From positions 45,171 to 109,170 of IMG/VR virus record IMGVR_UViG_3300045241_000217: DNA of 64,000 nucleotides. One strand, 5' to 3'. Positions 16,187-25,918 of this stretch are shown one piece after another; positions within the stretch are counted from its first letter, which is position 1; every line of letters starts with the position of its first letter. The stretch is from a virus. The translations under genes and the position numbers were made by a program. The notes below the pieces were generated by a model. It was not told where the DNA came from. It did not search any database and saw only the letters and a list, made by a program, of their open reading frames with translations.

Positions 16187-16251
16187 GCCCGAGAGTAGCG
16201 CGACCGGGGGCGCGTGATATCCCTGGTGGGCGACACGAGTCGCAGGAACGG

Positions 16252-16443
16252 ATGGGTTCGATGGACGACTGGTTCGACAAGATCGGAGAAGCCGAGGATC
16301 GCGGCAACGACTGGACGGTCAGGTGCCGTGTCGCGTTCGGCGTGAGCAGCGTCGCTCGTTCCGCCGGCAGGTGGGTCACCGGCAAGGGTCGCTCGTTCGG
16401 CGAGGCTCTCGCCAACGCGCACGCAGAAGCGAGGTCGCGGTGA
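16252..16443 (+). CDS. Hypothetical protein
   Basis: AGGA RBS; coupled to the next gene. Confidence 0.45.
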   Translation: MGSMDDWFDKIGEAEDRGNDWTVRCRVAFGVSSVARSAGRWVTGKGRSFGEALANAHAEARSR

Positions 16444-16784
16444 GCGACACCGTTCACGCGGGCAAGACCTACCGGCGCCTCATGGCGCGCGTCACCGAGG
16501 AGGCTCGGGTCCGGATGGAGGACCACGGGCTGATCCTCGTGACGCTCGGGTTCCAGCACGAGACGGGCTCGCAAGAGATCGCGCCGTGCTTCTCGCCGAA
16601 GCGGCAGAACGAGCTCGCGGCCGCGATGCACGTATTCCTCCGGCTCCGCGCGTTCCCGAAGGGGTGGACGGGCTACGTGCTCCAAGAGGACGGTCTGATC
16701 CGCGGGCTCGAAGCGCTGGAGCTCGACGGCAGCAAGATCGTGATGCTCCACGACATGATCCTGGAGTGCGAGGCGTTGCCGTGA
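16440..16784 (+). CDS. Hypothetical protein
   Basis: GAGG RBS, GTGA overlap, good codon usage. Confidence 0.55.
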   Translation: MSDTVHAGKTYRRLMARVTEEARVRMEDHGLILVTLGFQHETGSQEIAPCFSPKRQNELAAAMHVFLRLRAFPKGWTGYVLQEDGLIRGLEALELDGSKIVMLHDMILECEALP

Positions 16785-17472
16785 CGCACCGAGGCCTGCA
16801 CCACGCACCACCACCCCCCGCGTTCGAGGCTGCGATGAACTCGGCGCGAGAGTCCGACGCCACCGCAAAGGAGCACCGGATGCTCGCCGAGCGCGCGACG
16901 TTCGCCGCATCCATCCGCTCAACGGGCGGCGAGTGCCAGTGCGACGAGTACGGGATCTTCCGGCTCACGCTCCGCGACGGGCGCGTCTTCCGCCGCATCG
17001 GCATGCACGGGTGGGGTGGGATCTTTCGCCGACCACGACCGCGCGAACCGATGCGTCGGTCTCGGTCAGCGTGGCCGGGCGAAGGTGCGATCCACTCTTG
17101 GGATCGATCGCGATCATCCGGAGCATCACGACGACACCGCCACAAGGCTCGCGTAGACGAAGACGCCTTCCACGCGCACGAGTTTGGCGGTGCCCTTGCG
17201 GATGAGAGCGCGGACGGCGCGCTTCTGTTCGGGCTCGCCGAAGTTCGCCGCGATCCCCTGATCCGCTGCGCACCGAAGAACCGCCAACACCTGCTTCGTC
17301 ATCATCGCCTCTCGTCTCCTGCCCGCTCAGTGCGGACGAGACGATGCTTTGCAGCGTGCATGCCACCCCAGGATCTTGCGGAGATCTGCGAGAGCACGCG
17401 ACCGATGCTCGACGGTGGTTCACGCGCCAACGCGTCGCGCTGATGCCGCGTTCAGGACGACGTGTCGCAGTG

Positions 17473-17587
17473 GTCCGAGGTGTAGAGAGAGCGAGCGAAG
17501 CACCTTTCGGGTCGGGCAACCGTTTCCGGCTTCTACGTCCATCAGGACCTAGCCCGCTCCATCGCACGCTCTCTGCACCCCTCGGAC
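17473..17587 (-). ncRNA. Candidate structured RNA
   Basis: Imperfect closing stem of about 25 bp around a multi-hairpin core with two GAAA tetraloops; TAGGCT -10 box at 17612-17617. Confidence 0.45.
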
Positions 17588-17622
17588 GAGGTGTTCGGCC
17601 GTGAGGAGGAGAGCCTAGCCGA

Positions 17623-18198
17623 TCACGCGACGTCGGACACGGGGATGAGCGGTAGCTGCGCCTTGCTCACGAGCTTGGCCGCGCGCCGCTCGCGCTTCTC
17701 CTGCTCTTCGCGCCGGAGGCGCTCACTGAACGATTCCCAGATCCCCAGTGTGGGATCGAAGAACGAACCGCACTCGTGGCGCCGGCACGCACTCTGGAGC
17801 ATGAGGCGCTCGCATCGCATCGCGTGCACGTCGAGCTCGCGCTCGGGCGCGACCCTCACCACCGCCACGATGTCTCGCGGGTGCGCCTCGAGGAACCCGC
17901 ACCACTCCGGGATGTCCCGGATGCCGAGCAGGCCAGCGGGCGCGAGGTAGTAGCGCTGCTCGCCCATGCCGCTGCTCGGGCTGGCCATCCACGGCTTCTT
18001 GCGGTCGGCTCGGAAGTCGGCCCGCGAGACCTTGGCCTCGATGACGGTCGAGCGCCCCTCGCGCCAGCCGATGACGTCCGGCTGCTCGCCCGCGTTCGTC
18101 ACCATCTCGGCGAAGACGAGCCCGCACGGTCCGCCCTGCTCGTACCGGCGCCTGCGGAGCCACCGCACGCCGAGCTGCACGAGGAGCGCGTGGTTCAC
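17623..18198 (-). CDS. MmcB-like PD-(D/E)xK nuclease-family protein
   Basis: GEQPDVIGW...S.VIEAKVSRADFRADRKKP...GMG..RYYLAP. Confidence 0.75.
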   Translation of the reverse strand: MNHALLVQLGVRWLRRRRYEQGGPCGLVFAEMVTNAGEQPDVIGWREGRSTVIEAKVSRADFRADRKKPWMASPSSGMGEQRYYLAPAGLLGIRDIPEWCGFLEAHPRDIVAVVRVAPERELDVHAMRCERLMLQSACRRHECGSFFDPTLGIWESFSERLRREEQEKRERRAAKLVSKAQLPLIPVSDVA

Positions 18199-18647
18199 GG
18201 ATGAAGATCTCCGCGGGACCACGGGTTGTCCTCCGTCGAGAACTGCTTGCGACCACGGCCCTTCTTGATCATGTCTCGCGAGTTGTCAGCAGCCGTTCCC
18301 GCGAACAGGTGATCCGGGTTGCAGCACGGCGGGTTGTCGCACTTGTGCAGGACGAAGGGCTTGTCCGCTGGGACGCGGCCATGGACGAGGATCCACGCGA
18401 GACGATGCGCCTGCTGCAAGCGTCGGCCGTCCCAGGCGCGACCGTACTCGTGTCCAACGCGTGGGTCGCGATCGCCGGTCCACAGCCAGCACGGCGTTCC
18501 CAGCGTCGAATGGTTCGGCCCGCCCTTGTCGACCTTCGACCAGAAACGCTCCGCCGTCGTGAGTCTCGACGTCCGGCCGACGCACGGATGACATCTAACT
18601 CCCCAGCACGGGGTAGCGCACGAAACGCACGGTGACAGCTTCGCCAT
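18195..18647 (-). CDS. HNH homing endonuclease
   Basis: RFWSKVDK..CWLWTG..AHRLAW..VLHKCDNPPCCNPDHLFAGT..DN..DM. Confidence 0.92.
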   Translation of the reverse strand: MAKLSPCVSCATPCWGVRCHPCVGRTSRLTTAERFWSKVDKGGPNHSTLGTPCWLWTGDRDPRVGHEYGRAWDGRRLQQAHRLAWILVHGRVPADKPFVLHKCDNPPCCNPDHLFAGTAADNSRDMIKKGRGRKQFSTEDNPWSRGDLHP

Positions 18648-19433
18648 CTACGCGACCTGATGCGTTCGGAGTCGTTCCGCGAAATCGGCCAGAACCGGCT
18701 CCATCGCGGGCGTGAGAAAGTTGTTCGCCCAGCCGATCATCGCGTGCACGGGCTCCCCCTCGTTGATGAACTCGGCCAGGTGCGCGGTGAGCTCCCCGGT
18801 CGTCTTGCTGCGGAACCCGCCCGCGCCGTCCTTCGCATACAGCCCGAAGTTCGGGACCTCCACCGCGTGCGATCCGGTGAGCGCGATCTCGCGACCGAAC
18901 ACGCCGATGGACTCGTCGATCGTTTCGTCGTCCGTGTAGGTCTGACCTCCGACGAAGTCCACGCCGACCTTGAGGAACGCGCGGAGAGGAAACCACGCCG
19001 GAACACCGCCGAAGGTGCTGAGCCCCACGCTCTTCGCTCCGTGCGCGCGCAGGCCGCTCACGATGATGCGCGCCGAGTCGTTCGGGCCGTCCATGTCGTG
19101 CGGATCCCGCTTGGGGTTCATCCCGAGCTCGGGGTCGAGCAGGTGGAGCGCGTCGTCTCCCGCGCACTCGACCATGGCCTGCACGAAGAGCTTCTCGTTC
19201 CCGAGCCACGGGTAGCCCCAGAAGTAGGGGACAATGCCCACGTCGCGCATGGCCTTCGCGAGCTCGCGGCAGCGCGCTGGGCTGTTCAGGTAGCGCTGGG
19301 CGACCGGCGAGTCCTGCCAGACGGCGCCGATCGCGGCCCACGAGAGACCGATGCGCTTGAAGCGCTGCGCGAGCGCGGCTGCGGGATCGTTGTTGTGCCG
19401 CACGTAGAGCGCGGTTCCCTTGGGGACGCTCAT
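18648..19433 (-). CDS. Putative endolysin (TIM-barrel glycoside hydrolase)
   Basis: G.SW.AI, GIVPYFWGYP, LLDPE, VGLSTFG, GQTY pattern; at the end of a membrane-protein cluster. Confidence 0.55.
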   Translation of the reverse strand: MSVPKGTALYVRHNNDPAAALAQRFKRIGLSWAAIGAVWQDSPVAQRYLNSPARCRELAKAMRDVGIVPYFWGYPWLGNEKLFVQAMVECAGDDALHLLDPELGMNPKRDPHDMDGPNDSARIIVSGLRAHGAKSVGLSTFGGVPAWFPLRAFLKVGVDFVGGQTYTDDETIDESIGVFGREIALTGSHAVEVPNFGLYAKDGAGGFRSKTTGELTAHLAEFINEGEPVHAMIGWANNFLTPAMEPVLADFAERLRTHQVA

Positions 19434-19681
19434 GCTGCACCTCGCGCTTCCGGGCTCCGCGTGGTCTCGTGGAGCATCGCGTTGTGCCGACGTGTCTGCT
19501 CGCACTTGGCTTCCACGAAGCCGCAGTCGCAGGTGCTGCGTCCTTCCGACCAGAGATGCTTGCAGTGACCTGCATGCCCGCGGTGGAGGGTCGTTTCGAG
19601 CTGCTCATCGGTCGCTTGGCGCGCAGCCTCGACCCTCGCGTGTCGGTCCATGCGCACGAATGTAGCCCAGACCGCCGGTTT

Positions 19682-19870
19682 TCACCAAAGACGGGGGTTG
19701 AGCGCGTGGCCCTCTCCGAGGAACCCACCGGCCAACCACAGCACCACGACCACGATGACCACGACGTAGATCACCTTCTTGATCGTCGGATCGATGGCCG
19801 GGAACTGCGAGAGCGCCCAGAGCAGCACGCCCACCACGACGAGCACGAGCAGCAGCGCAAAGAGTGTCAT
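19682..19870 (-). CDS. Small two-helix membrane protein (Thivi_2564-like)
   Basis: LLVLVVVGVLLWALSQFP.ID..IKKVI.VVVIVVVVLWL. Confidence 0.7.
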   Translation of the reverse strand: MTLFALLLVLVVVGVLLWALSQFPAIDPTIKKVIYVVVIVVVVLWLAGGFLGEGHALNPRLW

Positions 19871-19904
19871 GCGCTCCGAGGGAGCAACGACCGCGCCTCA
19901 CGAA

Positions 19905-20321
19905 TCACGACGCTTCCGCGTCTCGGTGGGACACCCGCGTCTCAGGGGTGTGGCGCGCGCGGCGGATCTTCGTCGGTCCGAGGCAGGAGCGCCGAGTCGA
20001 GGTACCCGCCGCGAAGGTTTCTCGCGAGGCGCTCGGCTCGGCCCTCTGGCAGGTGGACTGCGATGTACGGATGGGCGGTGAGCCCGTCGCGCTCCACCAG
20101 CGACGAGACGTAGCGGCGACCCTCGGGGCGCTCTCGATATCCGCCTCGGGCTGGTACGCACCAGCGCAGACCTGGATCGGAAGGTCGCTCGCGGCGAAGC
20201 CCGGCGTCTCGGCCATGAGCCCCGGCTCGGTGTGCGTGGTCACCCCGTAGATGATCAGCGCGATCACGAGGACGGTGAAGCCGATGATGATGCCGAGGAA
20301 GATCTTGCCGGAGGTGCTCAT
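19905..20321 (-). CDS. N-terminally membrane-anchored protein
   Basis: Transmembrane helix at the N-terminus; the C-terminal half looks poorly coding. Confidence 0.45.
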   Translation of the reverse strand: MSTSGKIFLGIIIGFTVLVIALIIYGVTTHTEPGLMAETPGFAASDLPIQVCAGAYQPEADIESAPRVAATSRRWWSATGSPPIRTSQSTCQRAEPSASRETFAAGTSTRRSCLGPTKIRRARHTPETRVSHRDAEAS

Positions 20322-20336
20322 CCGCCGATGGTGGGC

Positions 20337-20894
20337 CTACCGGAGCGCTCCGGCAATGAGGCCCACGACGGCCCCGCCGAGGACGGCGCCCACGATGGTC
20401 CAGAGCAGTGGGCTCTCCCAGAACCCTCGGTCATTCGCGTGCGCCTGCGACGTCGCGAGCGCGGCACCAAGCTCGGTGGCTCGAGCACGCCAGAGCTCGT
20501 CGCGCAGCGAGACCCGCTCCTCGCACGCAGTGGTACGCGCGTGCTCCTGGTCGAGGCGGAGCGAGAGCGTCTGCGCGTCCATCGCGATGGTGGCGCCGAG
20601 TCGGTAGGCCAGGCGCTCGATGGTCTGCCGCCATGCCACGAGATCGTCGTCGAGGATGAGCATGCCGGCGTGCGGAGCTCGGTCGCCCGCGTCGAGCGCG
20701 AGGATCTCGCCCGTGACGGGTAGCTGCACGTCGGGGACGGTGAGCGGCGCTGGCGCGGTCGCAGGCGTGTCCTGCGCGTGAGCCAGCGAAGCGTGCTCGC
20801 ACTCGGTGGCCAGGAACGAGAGCAGCACGCACCCCGCCACGAGCACGTAGAACCACGGATCGGTGAACGGATCGTTCGCGCGGCCGCGCTTCAT
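20337..20894 (-). CDS. Putative spanin-like protein
   Basis: N-terminal TM/signal, coiled coil, C-terminal TM. Confidence 0.5.
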   Translation of the reverse strand: MKRGRANDPFTDPWFYVLVAGCVLLSFLATECEHASLAHAQDTPATAPAPLTVPDVQLPVTGEILALDAGDRAPHAGMLILDDDLVAWRQTIERLAYRLGATIAMDAQTLSLRLDQEHARTTACEERVSLRDELWRARATELGAALATSQAHANDRGFWESPLLWTIVGAVLGGAVVGLIAGALR

Positions 20895-21256
20895 CGGATC
20901 CCCGCGTCGGTCTTGAGGACCTCGTTGAACGATGAGAGCCATGCGGCCACCGCTCGACGTCCGCCGCGACGAGCCTCGTCGTACTCCGCCTGCTGCTGCT
21001 CGTTGAACTGGTCGATCGAACGCTGGTTGCGCTCCTCGAGCTCGCGGATGGCCTGCTCGTCGGCCTGCACCGCCCCGTCGAGCTGGCCGGCAATGACGGC
21101 CTCCCCGGGCCCGGCATCAATCTCCACGCTGGGCACGACGATCGGCGCACGCGAGGAGCACGAGCGGATCGCGAGGCCCCCGAGCACGGCGCCGAGGATG
21201 ACGGCCACGACGACGGCGATGACGATGAGCTTGGTGGTGTCCAGCGGTGTCTTCAC
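20891..21256 (-). CDS. Putative inner-membrane spanin-like protein
   Basis: N-terminal TM followed by a coiled coil. Confidence 0.5.
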   Translation of the reverse strand: MKTPLDTTKLIVIAVVVAVILGAVLGGLAIRSCSSRAPIVVPSVEIDAGPGEAVIAGQLDGAVQADEQAIRELEERNQRSIDQFNEQQQAEYDEARRGGRRAVAAWLSSFNEVLKTDAGIR

Positions 21257-21756
21257 GGCTTCGTCTCCGGCTCGATCTCGTCGGCGAGAGAGGTCTCCCG
21301 GCTCGGGTCCGGATCGGTGGGCCGCTGCTCGCGAGAGGCTCCGCCTCGGAACGGTCCTCGTGGGGTCGTGTCCGGATCACGCTCCTCGACCGGCGGTGAC
21401 ACGTGCGGCACGCGTGTGACGCGCACGGTCGCCGTGGCTGTCGTGGTGCCAGTGCTCGGGCTCTTCGAGTCCGGCTCCTTGTTCGCGACCATCGGCCGCA
21501 TGAATGGCGCGATGAACCCGTGGATCGCCATCCCGAGCATCGGAAGCCCGACACCGAGGATCGTGCTCCACGGCAGGCTGAAGAACTTGTCCTGCGTGTG
21601 CTCCGGCACGAGCGTCAGGAACCCGATCGGCAGAGCAGCCGAGCAGACCAGGAACGTGGCGAACAAGAACACCTGCGGCCAGTGCAGCCGCTCGATCCAT
21701 CCGGCCACCGCGCGCGCCTGCTCCGCCTGAGCGGCCTGCTTCTCTTCGTCGGTCAC
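21253..21756 (-). CDS. Putative holin
   Basis: Two TM helices and a charged C-terminal tail. Confidence 0.5.
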   Translation of the reverse strand: MTDEEKQAAQAEQARAVAGWIERLHWPQVFLFATFLVCSAALPIGFLTLVPEHTQDKFFSLPWSTILGVGLPMLGMAIHGFIAPFMRPMVANKEPDSKSPSTGTTTATATVRVTRVPHVSPPVEERDPDTTPRGPFRGGASREQRPTDPDPSRETSLADEIEPETKP

Positions 21757-21806
21757 AAGAGCCCTCCCGGAGAAGGCTCAAGGATGCCACGGACGGGCGT
21801 GGCGGG

Positions 21807-22373
21807 TCAGCCGGGCTTCTTGATCGTCGGATCGGTGGTGCGCCGGTCGAGCTCGGAGACCTTGATGCGCAGCGCGCGCACCTGCTCCGCAGCCGCGGCT
21901 GCGTCCTGCGCGGCGAGGGTTGCCTTTCGCTCGGCCTCCGCGTGCTTGCCCTGCGATTCCCGGTCGCGCTCCTCGCACGCCTTCAGCGAAGCCGCGGTCT
22001 CCGCCTGAACGGTTTCCACGACCGTTACGCGCTCCACCGCCTCACTCGCCATGGCGGTGGCCTTCTGGACCTCTTCCATGCACTCGCCGTGAGCCGCTCG
22101 AGCTGCGTCCTCCCCGCGCGTACGGGTGTCGAGCGTGGTCTGCAACGTCGTGATGAGCTTGCCCATCCCGTCCAGAAGCATCGCTTTCTCGGCGACGGCG
22201 GCTGCGACAGCATCCGTCTTGGCCTTGGCCTCGGCGTCCGAGTCCACCTTCGCGCGCTCAGTCCCGGCCTTCCGGAACTCGACGATGCGCCCCAGGACGA
22301 CGCCGATCCCACCGCCACCGAGGAGAGTGCCCACGGCGGTGGTACCCAGCACGACCCAGTCCGTCATGATCAC
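21807..22373 (-). CDS. Membrane-anchored coiled-coil protein (holin-like)
   Basis: N-terminal TM with LGGGGIG, then a long coiled coil; AGGA RBS. Confidence 0.55.
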   Translation of the reverse strand: MIMTDWVVLGTTAVGTLLGGGGIGVVLGRIVEFRKAGTERAKVDSDAEAKAKTDAVAAAVAEKAMLLDGMGKLITTLQTTLDTRTRGEDAARAAHGECMEEVQKATAMASEAVERVTVVETVQAETAASLKACEERDRESQGKHAEAERKATLAAQDAAAAAEQVRALRIKVSELDRRTTDPTIKKPG

Positions 22374-22420
22374 GAATCCTTCTCACGCGAGGGTGGGGCG
22401 CGCGTGTCGCAGCGTGACGA

Positions 22421-22843
22421 TCAGGACGCAGCCGGATCGGCGGCGGGATCGGGCGTGGGGTCGCTGCCGACGCGGCGGTAGCTCTGCTCTCCGTTGAGCA
22501 CCGCCTCGCCCGGCTTCGCCAGTTCGGCGAGCTTCTCCAAGGCGGCCTTCACCTCGTCCTCGCGACGCTTCTTGCCCACCGCGGAGAGCTTGAGCGTGAA
22601 CTCGCCCGTCTCCATGTTCTGGTGGATCACGTCCCACGCGCCGCGGTCGGTGATCTCCACGGCGATGCGCTCGTTGATCGCCTGAATCACCTGGTTGGAC
22701 GCCTGCACGTTCTGCTGCGCGAGCGTCACGCCCTGCTGCGCGGCGATGAACTCGGCGTTCGCCTTGCCGGCGCGAAGCTCGGCCACCTCCATCTTGTGGC
22801 GGAGCTCCTCGGGGACCACGATCGTCTTCGTCTCTTCGCTCAT
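22421..22843 (-). CDS. Hypothetical coiled-coil protein
   Basis: Good codon usage; co-directional in the operon. Confidence 0.6.
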   Translation of the reverse strand: MSEETKTIVVPEELRHKMEVAELRAGKANAEFIAAQQGVTLAQQNVQASNQVIQAINERIAVEITDRGAWDVIHQNMETGEFTLKLSAVGKKRREDEVKAALEKLAELAKPGEAVLNGEQSYRRVGSDPTPDPAADPAAS

Positions 22844-22887
22844 CTTCCGGGCCTTCCTGATTGCGAGTCTGCGGGGGGAACTGCGGG

Positions 22888-23220
22888 TCACTTCTTGACG
22901 GGCGCGGCTTCTTCGGCCTGCGCCGCCTCGGCCACAACGGCGACCTCGGCCGCCTTCGCGTCGGCGTTCGCCTTCTCGCTCGCCGCCACCGCACGAGCGC
23001 GCACGAGCGCCAGCGTGGCCTCGCGCTCGACCGGAGCGAGTGTCGCCACGTCCTTGCCCGCGATGGCGTCGGCCGCTGCCTTCTCATCGAGCTTGTCGAG
23101 GAGCCGGAAACACGCGTCCGCGCGATCGAGCGCCGCGAGGCACTCGTCGAGCGTGTCGCCTGCCGGGATGGTGTCGCGTGCGGCGGAGCGGAGAGCTTGG
23201 GACTGTTCGAGCAGGGTCAT
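22888..23220 (-). CDS. Hypothetical Ala-rich protein
   Basis: GAGGTG RBS; follows the fibre gene. Confidence 0.6.
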   Translation of the reverse strand: MTLLEQSQALRSAARDTIPAGDTLDECLAALDRADACFRLLDKLDEKAAADAIAGKDVATLAPVEREATLALVRARAVAASEKANADAKAAEVAVVAEAAQAEEAAPVKK

Positions 23221-23223
23221 TGG

Positions 23224-25485
23224 TCACACCTCGCGCCAGAAGGCGCTCGTGGGGTCGTAGATCAGATTCATCACACCGTTGGTCGCGATCACCGTGGCCG
23301 CGCCAGTCTTGGTCTGGATGCGGTTCGCCGCTGCGCTGCCCGCGTCCTGGTTCTGCACCGTGAGCGTGCCCGCGCCGTTCCCGAGGTTGATGATCGTGAG
23401 ACGGCGCGCGAGAGAAGTAGTCGGGGCGAGGATTCCGCGAAGCGAGGTCGCTGTCGCGTCTGGCGTCGCGCGCGCGAAACTGTAATGTGCGAAGCCTGCA
23501 TAGTCGTCCACGTTGCCGTTTGCGAGCGCAGCGGGAGAAACGACGGCGGTGCCAAAACCGCCCTTATTGGTGACGGCAAATACTTGCGTGGTACCAGCCG
23601 CGCCGGCCTTGCAGTTGATCAAAAGCTGTACGCCGGAACCAAGCCCCGTCTCGGTCGTAGCCAGATCGAGAAGCGTGAACGCGGCAGTGGCGGTCTGATT
23701 GACGGTCGCGGCGATGCTCGTGTGGATCTGTGCAGTGGCCCCGCCAGTGAAGCTGTTGTTATTGATCAGGCTCAGGCTTGGGGTAGCCGACTGCGAGATC
23801 TGTCCGAATAGCGTCAGGCCAAGCGTGTTGGTCAAGTTCCCGATCTGAGGACCAGGCCCAAATCGCACGCCAAGAGTTCCGTTGTGCGATGTGGCGATCG
23901 TCCCTGTCGCCGACTTGTAGATTCCAGTCGTCGGCTGATCGATGAATGCGAACGCATTTACGACTGTGCCGCCCTGCGCGAGCACCGTGCCTGCACTCGT
24001 AATCGCTGCGACGCTTGTGCCAGTCGTCTGAAAATCGACGAAGAGACCTCCACCCGACCCGAAGACAGGAGCGCCGGTCTGGCCTGTGGTGAGCGCCTGG
24101 TTGATGATCAGCGAGGTGAACGATGCGGTCGAGGTCTGGTTGACCGGCGACACGATGAGAACTGAGCGCTGATTAACTCCCGTCGAAGCCGTGAACGCTG
24201 CTCCGTTCGTGATGAAGAACGGACCACCCGCGTTGGCTGCATACGCTCCACTGATCGAGAACTGCCCGTTCGCTACCAGGCTTTCGATTCGCGTGTTGGT
24301 TTGGTTGAACCCGAGCGAAGGGCCAGTCGCGTTCAGTGTGAAGATGTCGACACCGCCTTGCGCCATGCGCATGACGCCCGCAGCCTGACGATACCAACCG
24401 AGCCCGGTCTCAGCGGCGAAGGAGTGACCTGGAACGGTGATCGTTCCGGTGCTGAGCACCGCGCCTGCGCTCGTGATCGCCGCTACCTGCGTAGTGCCCG
24501 CTGCGCCCGCAAGCCCATTGAAAAGTAGCTGCGCTCCCGAGCCAGCGGCCGTAACTACCTGCGAGACCTGAAGGCTGGTGAACGCCGCGGTGCCAGTCTG
24601 ATTGAGCGTGTGCGAGATCGTGACGCCGACCTGCGAGACACCCGCTCCACCCGTGCGCGTCGAGTCGGTGATCGCGAGGTTCGCGCCCGTGCCCGAGGTC
24701 TGCACAGCGAGCGCGAGACCGAGCACGCCGCCAGTCGCGATGTTGTACTGGTCTGCACCAGGCGAGTACGAACCTGTGTTGAGGTCGCCGACGAACGTGG
24801 ACGACGGCGTGCCGACCGCACCGAGCGGAGCCACGTACGGGAGCGTGCTCGTGATCGCTGCGGTGTCGATCGTCAGCCGGTCCGTGCTGTTCGTCGAGAG
24901 CGCGATGGTGTGCGCGACTCCCGTCGCGTGCAGGCCTGCGTTCGCGAGCGGTGAGAATGCGGGGAGCGCTGCGGTGCCGGCGGGCGCGAGGAGCGCACCG
25001 ACCACCGAGAGGACCACGAGCGAGTCCTTGATGAGCTTGCCGGTGATGCCGGAGAACACCGCGAGCGCGTTGTCGGTGGACGACGCGGGCCCCACGACGT
25101 TGCCGCTGCCGAACGTGGTCCACGTGATCGCCGTGACGCCGATCGTCGGGTTGATCGCCGTCTGTCGCCACGTAGTGCCGGCGCTGGTGCCAGCCTCGAT
25201 CGAGATCGTGGCGTTGTTGAGCTCGGCGCTGACGTCGGCGTCGGGCGCGCGAGTCGCGGGGGCCGCTGCGCCGTTGTAGACGTAGATCCCGTTCTCGGCC
25301 GGAGCCGTCTGACCACCGGCCACGAAGCGCTGGCCCACGACCATCGCCACGCCGTCGAGGTTCGCCCCCGGTGCTGCGAGGTTGATGTTCGTGGCGGTGA
25401 AGACGCGGGCGTCGGCCTTCCAGTTCAGCGAGTCGAGCAAGTCGGACGCGCCGCCCGCGACGAGGAACCTACTCGGGAGCGGCAT
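23224..25485 (-). CDS. Virion fibre / decoration protein
   Basis: N-terminal WK..ARV.T.TNINL..PGA.LDGV...QT.PAENGIYVYNG...TRA.DAD domain, GPASSTDNALA motif and Gly/Thr-rich internal repeats (VNQT.TA.FT.L three times). Confidence 0.75.
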   Translation of the reverse strand: MPLPSRFLVAGGASDLLDSLNWKADARVFTATNINLAAPGANLDGVAMVVGQRFVAGGQTAPAENGIYVYNGAAAPATRAPDADVSAELNNATISIEAGTSAGTTWRQTAINPTIGVTAITWTTFGSGNVVGPASSTDNALAVFSGITGKLIKDSLVVLSVVGALLAPAGTAALPAFSPLANAGLHATGVAHTIALSTNSTDRLTIDTAAITSTLPYVAPLGAVGTPSSTFVGDLNTGSYSPGADQYNIATGGVLGLALAVQTSGTGANLAITDSTRTGGAGVSQVGVTISHTLNQTGTAAFTSLQVSQVVTAAGSGAQLLFNGLAGAAGTTQVAAITSAGAVLSTGTITVPGHSFAAETGLGWYRQAAGVMRMAQGGVDIFTLNATGPSLGFNQTNTRIESLVANGQFSISGAYAANAGGPFFITNGAAFTASTGVNQRSVLIVSPVNQTSTASFTSLIINQALTTGQTGAPVFGSGGGLFVDFQTTGTSVAAITSAGTVLAQGGTVVNAFAFIDQPTTGIYKSATGTIATSHNGTLGVRFGPGPQIGNLTNTLGLTLFGQISQSATPSLSLINNNSFTGGATAQIHTSIAATVNQTATAAFTLLDLATTETGLGSGVQLLINCKAGAAGTTQVFAVTNKGGFGTAVVSPAALANGNVDDYAGFAHYSFARATPDATATSLRGILAPTTSLARRLTIINLGNGAGTLTVQNQDAGSAAANRIQTKTGAATVIATNGVMNLIYDPTSAFWREV

Positions 25486-25488
25486 GAC

Positions 25489-25842
25489 TCACACCTTCGC
25501 CTGCCGCGAGAGCGGCGTGAGGATGAGGCGCACGGTGGCCGCCTCGGAGATCCCCGAGATCTGGTCGTTGAAGCCCGGTCGCACGTTCAGTTCGAGCGCG
25601 ACCACCCCGCCAGCGCCCATGGGCGTGCAGGGGACGTCGGCCACGGCTGCGACGGGCGCTGCCTGCGAGAACGGCGCGGTGCGCACCCAGACGCGGTTCG
25701 TGAGGTCTCCCACGAGCTGCGCGAGCCAGCGCCCGGGCGGGAGCTTGTCGCTGGAGGCCGTCACGGGCGTGAGCGTGACCTTCCGGCTGAGACCGAGGTC
25801 CCCACCGAAGAAGTCCAGAGAGTCATCGGGGCGTGCACCCAT
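25489..25842 (-). CDS. Hypothetical virion protein
   Basis: AGGAGGT RBS; beta-rich. Confidence 0.6.
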   Translation of the reverse strand: MGARPDDSLDFFGGDLGLSRKVTLTPVTASSDKLPPGRWLAQLVGDLTNRVWVRTAPFSQAAPVAAVADVPCTPMGAGGVVALELNVRPGFNDQISGISEAATVRLILTPLSRQAKV

Positions 25843-25918
25843 CGCTACCTCCTGCGTGTCTCACTCGGGAGCCGAGGGGGCCACGCGGTCGCGATGGGAA
25901 CACCCTCGGCGGGTTCGT

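Noticed and set aside
16781-17443. Single long plus-strand CDS
   Set aside because: Its 3' half overlaps a plausible short minus-strand gene starting near 17305; strand and ends cannot be resolved by eye.
17520-17550. Hammerhead ribozyme (CTGATG...GAAAC on the minus strand)
   Set aside because: The core is CTGATGG rather than CTGANGA, and those bases are tied up in other hairpins.
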